Part shown: piece after piece, positions 29,287-37,852 of the stretch
Numbering within the stretch: position 1 is the stretch's first letter
Layout of the letters: every line of letters starts with the position of its first letter
The notes under the pieces: model-generated
What the model saw: the letters and a program-made list of their open reading frames with translations, nothing else
The model's database searches: none
Told to the model about the DNA's origin: nothing
Program-made: the position numbers and the translations under genes
DNA from: an uncultured Verrucomicrobiae bacterium
Lineage (GTDB): Bacteria > Verrucomicrobiota > Verrucomicrobiia > Chthoniobacterales > JAFAMB01
Assembly: GCA_963837955.1 (NCBI GenBank)
Contig: CAWIPH010000002.1
Coordinates: 2,048,001-2,112,000, forward strand
Length of the DNA: 64,000 bases
Reading direction: 5' to 3'

Positions 29287-29433
29287 TTAGTGAGCGAGAG
29301 CCACCTTTTGTGAAGCGGTGGATTTTTTATGATTGGAGACAGACATCAGTTTTTCCAGCGTCTCCATTTTTGATTCGAGGGCAGCCAGCTTTTTCGCTTG
29401 CGCTTTCAACTGAGCATTTTCGGCTTCGAGCTT
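29287..29433 (-). pseudogene. Orphan 3' tail of an S74 fibre gene
   Basis: Translates KLEAENAQLKAQAKKLAALESKMETLEKLMSVSNHKKSTASQKVALAH*, matching the paralog C-termini. No start codon. Confidence 0.85.
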
Positions 29434-29450
29434 GATGGACTTGCCCTTTC

Positions 29451-30311
29451 CTACCTTCTGTTTAAGAACTCTCTTTGCTTCTGCGTTGCTTTCGATCTAG
29501 ACGGTACGCGACCGGAACCTGCGAACCTGCGAACCAGCGCGACGCCGAAGATCAGTGGTGCGGAAAGAAGCAGATAATGTCCAAGCGGTGGCTCGGGAAC
29601 CGGGATAACCGTCGCCGTCAGATCAAAGAAGGAGGCCAGGCCGACATCTTGGGAGAGCACCGCACCGGAAACGTTGCCATTGCCGGCCGTATAGAAATAG
29701 CTGTTTGGGTTTAAACCGCTCGAGCCGGTAAACGAATTGTTAAAGGTATAGTTAGGCTGAGGCGATCCACCGAACAGAGCACCGGTTGCGATGTCAAATG
29801 AATTGCCCGTAGCGATGGTAATGCCCACTATCAACTGCGTGTTCGGCGCGATGGGGTTAGTGGTTTGGGCTGCTCCGGTGAGCCCGAAGCTAAAGACGCT
29901 GGCAGTGTTATTGTAATTGCCACCGGTCGTGTTGTTTATATTTTGAGTCAGCGGACCGCTGATCGCGGTAAGTCCGCTTAGACTGGTGCCGGTATCGGTC
30001 CCAGTGTAGAGGCCGACCGTGACCGGTACAGCGCTGCCGCTAGGGGAGAAGCCCCAAAGCGAAAGATTGAGTGCCGTAACCGTGTTACCGGCTGTCCAGG
30101 GACTGTTGTTTGAGCCATTGCCTGTACCCACCGCGACATAAAAGGTCTCCGTACCGCTCGTGGCGTTAATGTTGACGACGTCATTGTAGGGACCGGCGTT
30201 GCCGCCAATAATGGTAGAGCCGCCGCTATCGAAGAGGGGCGTCGTAGCCGCTGTCGCCTGATTAATCAAGCTGGCCAGCGGAAGCAGAAGTGTAAGATAG
30301 AAGATTCGCAT
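29451..30311 (-). CDS. PEP-CTERM sorting-domain protein (copy 1)
   Basis: Signal peptide, G/S/T/N-rich body, VPEP + TM helix + RR. Confidence 0.85.
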   Translation of the reverse strand: MRIFYLTLLLPLASLINQATAATTPLFDSGGSTIIGGNAGPYNDVVNINATSGTETFYVAVGTGNGSNNSPWTAGNTVTALNLSLWGFSPSGSAVPVTVGLYTGTDTGTSLSGLTAISGPLTQNINNTTGGNYNNTASVFSFGLTGAAQTTNPIAPNTQLIVGITIATGNSFDIATGALFGGSPQPNYTFNNSFTGSSGLNPNSYFYTAGNGNVSGAVLSQDVGLASFFDLTATVIPVPEPPLGHYLLLSAPLIFGVALVRRFAGSGRVPSRSKATQKQREFLNRR

Positions 30312-30333
30312 AATAAGAGACTGTTTAAGTTAA

Positions 30334-30552
30334 CTAACCGACATGGCGCCGGCGAAGGCGCATGATCATTCCCAGCATTCCGAAACCACCCAGCATCATG
30401 AGCCAGACCGGTGGTTCGGATACCGGCGTGGCGGCGACGACGAGTCCGGACAAACTAACGAACCCGACTAATAGGCCGACTAACAAGAAAACCCTGTATG
30501 ACGACAAACCTGCCTGTTTCTGGGGCCGGGGCTCGTCAGGAAGCTGTTTCAT
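30334..30552 (-). CDS. Small 2-TM protein ending in a PEPxxWA-CTERM-like sorting signal (copy 1)
   Basis: VSEPPVWLMMLGGFGMLGMIMRLRRR; paralog at 36045-36263. Confidence 0.65.
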   Translation of the reverse strand: MKQLPDEPRPQKQAGLSSYRVFLLVGLLVGFVSLSGLVVAATPVSEPPVWLMMLGGFGMLGMIMRLRRRHVG

Positions 30553-30688
30553 AGCGTGCGTTGTTGGTAAGCAACTCCGTTGCTTTGGAAACCAAACCGT
30601 GGCTGCCTAAGGTCTGGAGTCGCGCTTACAGATCTGGGTGTCTATAGAAAGACTAAGTAGCGAGCAAGGCGATAATGGAAATGCGATA

Positions 30689-30808
30689 TAATACTTTGGT
30701 ATGATAATACGTTAGTACTATATGGGTATTACATCAGGCGCGAATCGCGACATTCAGAAATAGAATTATTCTGTCCGAGTAGATATAACACTTTCGTACT
30801 ACTTGACC
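30689..30808. promoter_or_regulatory. Three 16-bp operator boxes in a divergent promoter (30689, 30705, 30786) plus TTGACC
   Basis: TAATAC-TTTG-GTATGA, TAATAC-GTTA-GTACTA, TAACAC-TTTC-GTACTA. Confidence 0.65.
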
Positions 30809-30937
30809 GCAGCGGGGGTCGTCGGGTAATGAAGATGATTGTTATTTAATTGGGATGGGGACTGCCGCGAGGAGGGGTCTACTAGCTTTCCAAATCGCAC
30901 GACCCTGCCTGAAATGTTAGCAACGAAGGAACAGGAT

Positions 30938-31702
30938 ATGTCGACCGTCAAAGAATTGGGAAAACCGCGGCCACGGACTCTCAGTGGAAGCGAACGCTCG
31001 CTGGTAGAGGCGTTACGTCAATTCATCGAGGAAAATCGTCACCCAATTTCCGGCGTCGCTCGGCGCTTGGGTCTGAGATATGTGACGCTCCGTAAGGTGC
31101 TTGTTGGCGAACAGGTGCCGCAAGTGCGAACTCTGCAATTGATTGCGAACTACCTACGGAGCGAGAGTACCGATGCCGGCGAAGGATGGGATACGGACAG
31201 CACGGCTTGGGCGCGATCAGCGTTCGATAGAGGAGTGAGCAGCTGGCGTGAAGAGTCCTGTTCCGTTTGCCGGACGCCGTTGAGCGCGCGGGCGCGCCAG
31301 AGCGAGAACGAAAATATGACTCAATCGATGGCGCGACTCTTGCGAGAGCTCAAGGCTGTCCTCGAAATGTTGGGTGGATGCCGAATGCCGGGACTAGGAG
31401 AATTCGGTTCCATGGAAGAGAGAGCGAACGTTCTGATCTCGAAATTAACCGAGACGATCGAAGAGGATCGAGTGCGCGGGTACGAACTGGAAACCGTCAT
31501 AGCGCAAATGGTGGGGATCAGTGATAAATATCAACTTCCGGCGGAAGTTGAGGAGACGGTGCAGCTCGCAAAGAGCAAACTGCGAAGAACAGGTCATAGT
31601 CGGGAAGAGCTAGTCGCGCAGCGCGAAGCCTTAAGGAACCGGTTTGCGATTTTACGTGAAACAGATAGTAGCCCGGAACTGTGGCGACAAAGAGCAGGTT
31701 GA
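30938..31702 (+). CDS. XRE-like HTH regulator with CxxC motif and helical C-terminal extension
   Basis: ISGVARRLGLRYVTLRKVL.GEQVPQ.RTLQLIANYL; CSVC; paralogs at 37070 and 37507. Confidence 0.65.
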   Translation: MSTVKELGKPRPRTLSGSERSLVEALRQFIEENRHPISGVARRLGLRYVTLRKVLVGEQVPQVRTLQLIANYLRSESTDAGEGWDTDSTAWARSAFDRGVSSWREESCSVCRTPLSARARQSENENMTQSMARLLRELKAVLEMLGGCRMPGLGEFGSMEERANVLISKLTETIEEDRVRGYELETVIAQMVGISDKYQLPAEVEETVQLAKSKLRRTGHSREELVAQREALRNRFAILRETDSSPELWRQRAG

Positions 31703-31719
31703 ATGCGCTGAATACCCAA

Positions 31720-32034
31720 GATCGGTAGGGCGAAAGCCTGATCCGGCAGGCGCCGGATCGGCTTGAGCCGTTGTGGCTTTACCCAAAGCAATCGTTTTGT
31801 TCTCTCGTCCACGGACATCCCGTCGCGAATTTTCGCATTGCCAAGGCTCGAACAATGCCCACGATCGGTAGGGCGAAAGCTTAGGCGCGCCGGAAATGTT
31901 GTGATGTCTGTTGCGTCATCAGCGCCGGGCTTGAGCCGGGTCCGCGATCAGGGAAAGCGCTAATCTTTGGGTAAAACCACAAACGGCTCAAGCCGATCCG
32001 GCGCCTGCCGGATCAGGCTTTCGCCCTACCGATC
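31720..32034. mobile_element. MITE-like element with ~53-bp perfect (about 70-bp imperfect) terminal inverted repeats
   Basis: 31720-31772 is the reverse complement of 31982-32034; internal partial copy at ~31862. Confidence 0.8.
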
Positions 32035-32039
32035 GCGTC

Positions 32040-33443
32040 TCAATGATCTAAAGCGACTGATTGTGTCTTGGCTTTTGTTTGTAGAGAATTGACGGCCTTT
32101 TCCAGATTCTCCACTTTTGCGACGATAGCCGACAGCTTGGCGTTCTCTGCTTCGAGTGCCGTTATCTTCGCGTTCTGAGCGTCGATCTGCCTGATCAATT
32201 CCTGGGTAGCCGAAACGTTCAGCATGGCGATGGCGTCGTAATCGACGATGCGCACGTCGTCATGCTGTTTGCCATAGACAAAGACTTTCGTGGTGATGGG
32301 CGTGTCGGCTGAGACGGAGAAGGTGGTGTCGTTAACGAGCTTCACCTCCGGGTAAAGGTCGGGACCTTTTTCCAGGATCAACCGCACTTTGTCTCCGTTC
32401 TCGAGATGGTGCGGCTTGGGTACGGTGATGACGTAACGGCCATCGGTTGCCTCGATTTTGCTGGCCACCGTATAGATGTCGGGGAGAAAGGTGGTACTCT
32501 TCTTCACGGCCTCGGGGAGAACTTTCTCCACTTGCTGGGCGATAACTTTCTTGTGAACCTCAGAGCCGAGGTCAACTTGATCGATGTACGTGTAATCGGT
32601 CACTTCGATCTGGCGCAGCAAATCCAAATCCTTCCGGCTGTCCGAGTGGTCGATGACTGTTTTCATTCGCGAGTCGGAGGCCGTTAGGGTACCACCGTAA
32701 GAGATAAAAGCATTGCCGGTAAAGACACACTGGCTGAACACTGCCGATACAGCGTTAGTCGTTGTTGTTACGGTCTGTTGAGTAAGAACAGGGGCTGTGG
32801 CGAAATCAAAAAAGGTACGCACACCACCTGTTTCGGTAAGAACGCTTGATGTAGCTACCTGCAATGGCGCTATAGGCGTCGTAGTGCCGATGCCCACAAA
32901 GCCTGTGCCTGATGAAACCAGCAATTGTGGAACGCTTCCGCCTAGGTCTGTGGTTAAAGCCACTCCAGACCCAGTCGTCAGACCCGGCGGTTGTCCTGGA
33001 CCTCCGGTGTAAGAAAAAATCCGGCCGACAAAAGTTTGCGCAGTTGTGATCCCCAGGTCAAGGTACCCTCCAATGTAAGAAGCAGTAGCAGGATTGCGGT
33101 ACAACCTGATACCTCCATCGGTATTAATGGTGGCAGAGGCGGTTCCGTCAGCATTGCTGCGGAGAAGGTCCCCGTTAAGCACATGTAATAGCGCCTGGGG
33201 AGATGACGTGCCAATTCCGGTGCGCCCCTGAATAATCGCGCCATTGAGCGGCGCGGGAATATTATAAGTGCTGTCGCCGACGGCAATGCCGCCGCTGGCG
33301 GTGGAGCCGTTAACGGTGAGTTTGGACTGGGGATTGGAAATCCCGATCCCGACATTCTGCGCAGCGGCGCTCGATACGAAAAGTAACGTCGCGGAAGCAC
33401 AAGCCGCAAACAGCGGCCGGCCAATATAATTTGGTGTTTTCAT
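32040..33443 (-). CDS. Secreted tail-fibre-like Peptidase_S74 protein (paralog B)
   Basis: Same signal/N-terminus as A; unrelated central region; TASDSRMK; VDYDAIAMLNVSATQEL. Confidence 0.85.
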   Translation of the reverse strand: MKTPNYIGRPLFAACASATLLFVSSAAAQNVGIGISNPQSKLTVNGSTASGGIAVGDSTYNIPAPLNGAIIQGRTGIGTSSPQALLHVLNGDLLRSNADGTASATINTDGGIRLYRNPATASYIGGYLDLGITTAQTFVGRIFSYTGGPGQPPGLTTGSGVALTTDLGGSVPQLLVSSGTGFVGIGTTTPIAPLQVATSSVLTETGGVRTFFDFATAPVLTQQTVTTTTNAVSAVFSQCVFTGNAFISYGGTLTASDSRMKTVIDHSDSRKDLDLLRQIEVTDYTYIDQVDLGSEVHKKVIAQQVEKVLPEAVKKSTTFLPDIYTVASKIEATDGRYVITVPKPHHLENGDKVRLILEKGPDLYPEVKLVNDTTFSVSADTPITTKVFVYGKQHDDVRIVDYDAIAMLNVSATQELIRQIDAQNAKITALEAENAKLSAIVAKVENLEKAVNSLQTKAKTQSVALDH

Positions 33444-33504
33444 TTGGGGTTGCTTTGTGTCGCACTCGATGACCGGGGAGGGCGAAAACAGCAGATCCGT
33501 GTTG

Positions 33505-35028
33505 TTAGTGGGCGAGGGCCACGGTTTGTGAAGTGGCGGATTTTTGATGGTAGGAGACAGGCAGCAATTTTTCTAGAGCCTCCATTTTGGCAGCCAGGTT
33601 GCTCGTCTGCGCTTTCATTTGAGCATTTTCTGCTTCGAGGTCAGCCAGCTTGTGGGCTTCCGCTTTCAGCCGGTCATTTTCTGCCTCGAGCGCCGCGACG
33701 CGTTTTTCGAGCGCTGCGTCGTGCTTAGCCAGTTCCTGAGTAGCGCTGACGTTGAGCATGCTGATGGCGTCGTAATCGACGCTTTTCAGATCTAGGCATT
33801 GCTTGCCGTAAACGAACACTTTATCGCCGAGGGCTTCTTTCGTCGTCACCGTGAAGCTCTTGTCATTCACAACGTGAGCCACCACACTGAGTTCGGGATT
33901 CTTCTCCGTGATCAAACGAACCGTTTCGCCCTCTTTCAGCCCGTGCGTTTTGGCCAGGCTGATGGTATACGCATTCTGCCCGTCGGACTTCACAGAACTG
34001 GACACCGCATAGATGTCGGGCGTGAACGTAAACCCTTTGTAACCAATCGTCTTGACGGCTGTCGGATAAACCTTTTCCACTTGTTGCGCGATCACCTTTT
34101 TGAAAGGTGCGTCACCTTCTTTGACGACATCCTTCATGGTGTAGTCGGTGATCTCAATTTGCTTGAGAGTCTCCAGATCCTTCGCGCTATCCGATTGTCC
34201 AATGACATTCTTCAAACGCGCGTCGGAAGCCGTAAGGGATCCGTTGAAGCTAACGAAAGCGCTGTTAGACCAGACGTTGTCCAAGAAGATCGCCGACGCC
34301 GTGTTGGTCCCATTGACGCCGGTATTGTGGGTAAGACTCGAGACGCTGCCGAAGGAGAAAAATGTCTGGGTGACATTGGTCTCTATAACGCCTTTGCTTC
34401 CGGCTACCTCCAATGGCGCCAAAGGCGTCGTAGTACCGGTGTTGATTCCCACATTCCCTAGGGGGTCAATATACATATGGGTTGCGCCACTGACGCCGAA
34501 CTGCATATCGCTCAGAGTCGTTGTACCATCACCTTGGTAGGTCGACCCTATCCCGGACAAGCCCACGGTCGGAGTGCCGTTGACGAAACCATTAAAAAAA
34601 TATCCGCCCAGTAAGTCCCCATTGCCTAAGTTTGTTGGAGCCGCTTCTGTGCCTCTTGCGTTGTAAGTTTCGAAGTCTGTGACGTGAAATGAGCCATAGG
34701 AAACCACAGATATTTGAGCATTCAGGCCACCATTTTTTCCATTGTCATTGACGACGGACAGCCGCCCCCTGGTCTTTGTCGATCCGATGGAGGTGAAGCC
34801 CTGGATGATCGCTCCGTTGAGGGGAGCGACGGTGCCCGTGGTGCTGGTGTAAGTGGCGTCGCCGACAGCGATGCCGCCACTGGCTGTAGTGCCATTAACG
34901 GATAATTTAGATTGAGGATTGGAAACCCCAATTCCGACATTCTGCGCAGCGGCACTCGATACGAAAAGTAACGTTGCGGAAGCACAAGCCGCAAACAGCG
35001 GCCGGCTAAGATAGTTTGGTGTTTTCAT
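33505..35028 (-). CDS. Secreted tail-fibre-like Peptidase_S74 protein (paralog C)
   Basis: Same N-terminus; central ARGT..APT.L..GD.LG...F.G segment; TASDARLK; C-terminal half near-identical to A. Confidence 0.85.
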   Translation of the reverse strand: MKTPNYLSRPLFAACASATLLFVSSAAAQNVGIGVSNPQSKLSVNGTTASGGIAVGDATYTSTTGTVAPLNGAIIQGFTSIGSTKTRGRLSVVNDNGKNGGLNAQISVVSYGSFHVTDFETYNARGTEAAPTNLGNGDLLGGYFFNGFVNGTPTVGLSGIGSTYQGDGTTTLSDMQFGVSGATHMYIDPLGNVGINTGTTTPLAPLEVAGSKGVIETNVTQTFFSFGSVSSLTHNTGVNGTNTASAIFLDNVWSNSAFVSFNGSLTASDARLKNVIGQSDSAKDLETLKQIEITDYTMKDVVKEGDAPFKKVIAQQVEKVYPTAVKTIGYKGFTFTPDIYAVSSSVKSDGQNAYTISLAKTHGLKEGETVRLITEKNPELSVVAHVVNDKSFTVTTKEALGDKVFVYGKQCLDLKSVDYDAISMLNVSATQELAKHDAALEKRVAALEAENDRLKAEAHKLADLEAENAQMKAQTSNLAAKMEALEKLLPVSYHQKSATSQTVALAH

Positions 35029-35088
35029 AGGTGTCGTTTTCGTGCGTTCTCGATGAACTGGCGCCGCGAACGCGCCGGATCCGTGTTC

Positions 35089-35164
35089 TTAGTAGGAAAG
35101 GGCCACCGTTTGCGAAGTGGCGGATTTTTGATGATTGGAGGCGGCCACGGATTTCTCCAGGGCC
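35089..35164 (-). pseudogene. Orphan 3' tail of an S74 fibre gene
   Basis: Translates ALEKSVAASNHQKSATSQTVALSY*. Confidence 0.75.
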
Positions 35165-35215
35165 CTTTGCTACCTTCTGTTTTTAAAAATTCTTTGGTTC
35201 GCTGTGGCTTTTGAT

Positions 35216-36022
35216 CTAGATGGCGCGTGACCGGAACCTGCGAACCAGCGCGACGCCGAAGATCAGTGGTGCGGAAAGAAGCAGATAATGTCCAAGCGGT
35301 GGCTCGGGAACCGGGATAACCGTCGCCGTCAGATCAAAGAAGGAGGCCAGGCCGACATCTTGGGAGAGCACCGCACCGGAGACGTTGCCATTGCCGGCCG
35401 TATAGAAATAGCTGTTTGGGTTTAAACCGCTCGAGCCGGAAAACGAATTGTTAAAGGTATAGTTAGGCTGAGGCGATCCACCGAACAGAGCACCGGTTGC
35501 GATGTCAAAGGAATTGCCCGTAGCGATGGTAATGCCCACTATCAACTGCGTGTTCGGCGCGATGGGGTTGGTGGTTTGGGCTGCACCGGTAAGCCCGAAG
35601 CTAAAGACGCTGGCAGTGTTATTGTAATTGCCACCGGTCGTGTTGTTTATATTTTGAGTCAGCGGACCGCTGATCGCGGTAAGTCCGCTCAGACTGGTGC
35701 CGGTATCGGTCCCAGTGTAGAGGCCGACCGTGACCGGTACAGCGCTGCCGCTGGGGGAGAAACCCCAAAGCGAAAGATTGAGCGCGGTCACCGTATTGCC
35801 GGCTGTCCAGGGCGCGCTGTTTGAACCATTGCCTGTGCCCACCGCGACATAGAAGGTCTCCGTACCGCTAGTGGCGTTAATGTTGACCACATCGTTGTAG
35901 GGACCAGCGTTGCCTCCGATAATAGTGGAGCCGCCACTATCGAAGAGAGGCGTCGTAGCCGCCGTCGCCTGGTCAATCAGGCCGATCAGCGGAAGCAGGA
36001 GCGTAAGATAAAAGATTCGCAT
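35216..36022 (-). CDS. PEP-CTERM sorting-domain protein (copy 2)
   Basis: Near-identical to 29451-30311; ends VPEPPLGHYLLLSAPLIFGVALVRRFRSRAI. Confidence 0.88.
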   Translation of the reverse strand: MRIFYLTLLLPLIGLIDQATAATTPLFDSGGSTIIGGNAGPYNDVVNINATSGTETFYVAVGTGNGSNSAPWTAGNTVTALNLSLWGFSPSGSAVPVTVGLYTGTDTGTSLSGLTAISGPLTQNINNTTGGNYNNTASVFSFGLTGAAQTTNPIAPNTQLIVGITIATGNSFDIATGALFGGSPQPNYTFNNSFSGSSGLNPNSYFYTAGNGNVSGAVLSQDVGLASFFDLTATVIPVPEPPLGHYLLLSAPLIFGVALVRRFRSRAI

Positions 36023-36044
36023 AATGAGAGACTGTTGAAGTTAA

Positions 36045-36263
36045 CTAACCGCCATAACGTTGGCGAAGGCGCATGATGATTCCCAGCATTCCAAAACCAC
36101 CAAGCATCATGAAGCCGGTAGACGGCTCGGAGCCCAGTGTGGGATGAAAGACTAGATCGGCTAAGCTAGTGAATCCGATCAATAAACCGGCTAACCAGAA
36201 CGTCCTGTATTTTGCCAACCCTCCTTGTCTTTGGAGCCGAGGCTCGTCAGAAGGCTGCGACAT
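36045..36263 (-). CDS. Small 2-TM protein with PEP-CTERM-like signal (copy 2)
   Basis: GSEPSTGFMMLGGFGMLGIIMRLRQR; same length (72 aa) and position as copy 1. Confidence 0.65.
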   Translation of the reverse strand: MSQPSDEPRLQRQGGLAKYRTFWLAGLLIGFTSLADLVFHPTLGSEPSTGFMMLGGFGMLGIIMRLRQRYGG

Positions 36264-36400
36264 AGTGTCCTTGATTCGGATTAAGCATCCCGACGGTTAG
36301 TAAACGGGATAGCTGCATAGTTGAACGGAATTCACGCTTACAGCTTTGCGTGTGTATAGAAAGGCCGGTGAGCCAGCAAGCTAATAGTCGAAATGGAATA

Positions 36401-36432
36401 TAGTACCTTAGTAGTATAGTACCTAAGTACTA
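36401..36432. promoter_or_regulatory. Tandem 16-bp operator boxes
   Basis: TAGTAC-CTTA-GTAGTA / TAGTAC-CTAA-GTACTA; homologous to 30689-30720. Confidence 0.65.
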
Positions 36433-36522
36433 TGTTGAAGCGTTGACGCGCATGCGCGTCAACATGAGGGTTGGCGATTGGGATCGCGCATGTCCCAAAG
36501 AGAAGGAAACGTTGAAGTAATC

Positions 36523-36752
36523 GATCCCGGAGGGATCCAATGAAAGTAGCCCAGCAATGAATTGCTGGGTAAAGGTTAAGGAAACGTGCCCGTCCCGATA
36601 GGGACGATCGATGATGGCTTGCGCTCGTGAAATCGCATGGGAGACCATAACTGAACGTTTCGATCGTCCTTTGCGGGACGGAATCGCCATTTTTATCTTT
36701 TACCCAGCAATAAATTGCTGGGCTACTTTCACGATGTCCCTGCCGGGGACGG
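36523..36752. repeat. Composite REP (BIME-like) inverted-repeat element
   Basis: GAAAGTAGCCCAGCAATGAATTGCTGGGTAAA ... TTTACCCAGCAATAAATTGCTGGGCTACTTTC with internal GTCCC-N-GGGAC hairpins. Confidence 0.85.
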
Positions 36753-36921
36753 GACCGTTTCTGCTTCAATCTCCAGCAGCATTAACGGGGCGCGTGTTTA
36801 CAATCGAATGTTAGCGAACAAGCCCGAAGACGGAAAGTAGCGTAATACCTTCATTTGGTAGTAGGTTAATATTACGCCGGGTGTGACAATGACAGCCAGC
36901 AGGTGCGTGTCTAGGGAAGCG

Positions 36922-36966
36922 TAGCACTTTGGTACTATTGACGCATCGGGCGCAGTCAGCTAATAA
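36922..36966 (+). promoter_or_regulatory. Operator box abutting putative promoter TTGACG-17-TAATAA of the HTH gene
   Basis: TAGCAC-TTTG-GTACTA directly followed by TTGACG. Confidence 0.55.
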
Positions 36967-37069
36967 AGGGGCCGGTAACGGACATAGGACAGCTGCTTCG
37001 GGGATGCAGCCTTTTCGAAGGTTTGAAAGCAAGGCAATCGGCTCTGAAACGTTTGGAAAAGAATAATAT

Positions 37070-37435
37070 ATGTCGGGCGCCTCAGAATCTCGCGAACCTA
37101 GGGTACGAGCCCTCAGCGGGTGGGAGCGATCTCTGATCGAAGCTTTACGTCATTTCATTGATGAAAATCACCACCCGGTCACGGGCGTCGCCCGACGTTT
37201 GGGCCTGAGGTATGTAACTCTCCGCAAGGTGCTCGATGGTGAACAGGTGCCGCAGGCGCGAACCGTTCAATTGATTGCGAATTATCTGCGGACAGAAGCA
37301 GTGAGCATGGCATGGGAGCGAAGAGCGCTCGATGGCAGAACAGCCAACGGCCAAACAAACGAAGCGGACGAGCGGTGCCCTTTCTGTGGGATGGTGTTGG
37401 CGCGTCAGAGCGGCAATCTTAGCCCAGATGATTGA
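37070..37435 (+). CDS. XRE-like HTH regulator (paralog 2)
   Basis: VTGVARRLGLRYVTLRKVLDGEQVPQARTVQLIANYL; CPFC. Confidence 0.7.
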   Translation: MSGASESREPRVRALSGWERSLIEALRHFIDENHHPVTGVARRLGLRYVTLRKVLDGEQVPQARTVQLIANYLRTEAVSMAWERRALDGRTANGQTNEADERCPFCGMVLARQSGNLSPDD

Positions 37436-37506
37436 TGGAGATCGTGCGGGCTCGTCACCTGGGTCTCGAGCACGGGGTAAGTCTGAAACGTCGAGAAGAT
37501 AGGGAT

Positions 37507-37740
37507 ATGTCGCCTGTAGCGTAATTTGAAAAACCAAGAGCACGAACCCTCAGTAAGCGGGAGCGACCAGCGATCGAGGCTTTACATCATTTCATTGATG
37601 AAAATCGCCACTCGCTCGCGGGCGTCACGCGACGCTTGGGCCTCAGTTATATTACTTTCCGCAAGGTACTCGCCGGCGAGCAAGTGTCGCAGGCGCGAAC
37701 CCTGCAATTGATTGCAAGTTACCTACCGGATCGACAGCGT
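37507..37740 (+). pseudogene. HTH regulator paralog 3, nonsense codon at position 6, 3' end interrupted by a REP
   Basis: MSPVA*FEKPRARTLS...HFIDENRH...RRLGLSYITFRKVLAGEQVSQARTLQLIASYL. Confidence 0.75.
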
Positions 37741-37852
37741 TTCCCGGGGTTGAAACCCCGGGTTGAGTTCTGGCGCCCCTCCCGGCCAGAACCGAACATC
37801 GGCCTGATATGGACGCGCATGCCCTGCGGCGGACCGGGCTAAAACGTGTTCG

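Noticed and set aside
27739..35028. Prophage or tailocin (tail-fibre-like genes)
   Set aside because: No capsid, terminase, baseplate, sheath, integrase or lysis genes; the fibres carry Sec signal peptides.
29451..36022. Diversity-generating retroelement (TR/VR pair) among the duplicated genes
   Set aside because: No reverse transcriptase in the window; differences between copies are mostly synonymous and not adenine-specific.
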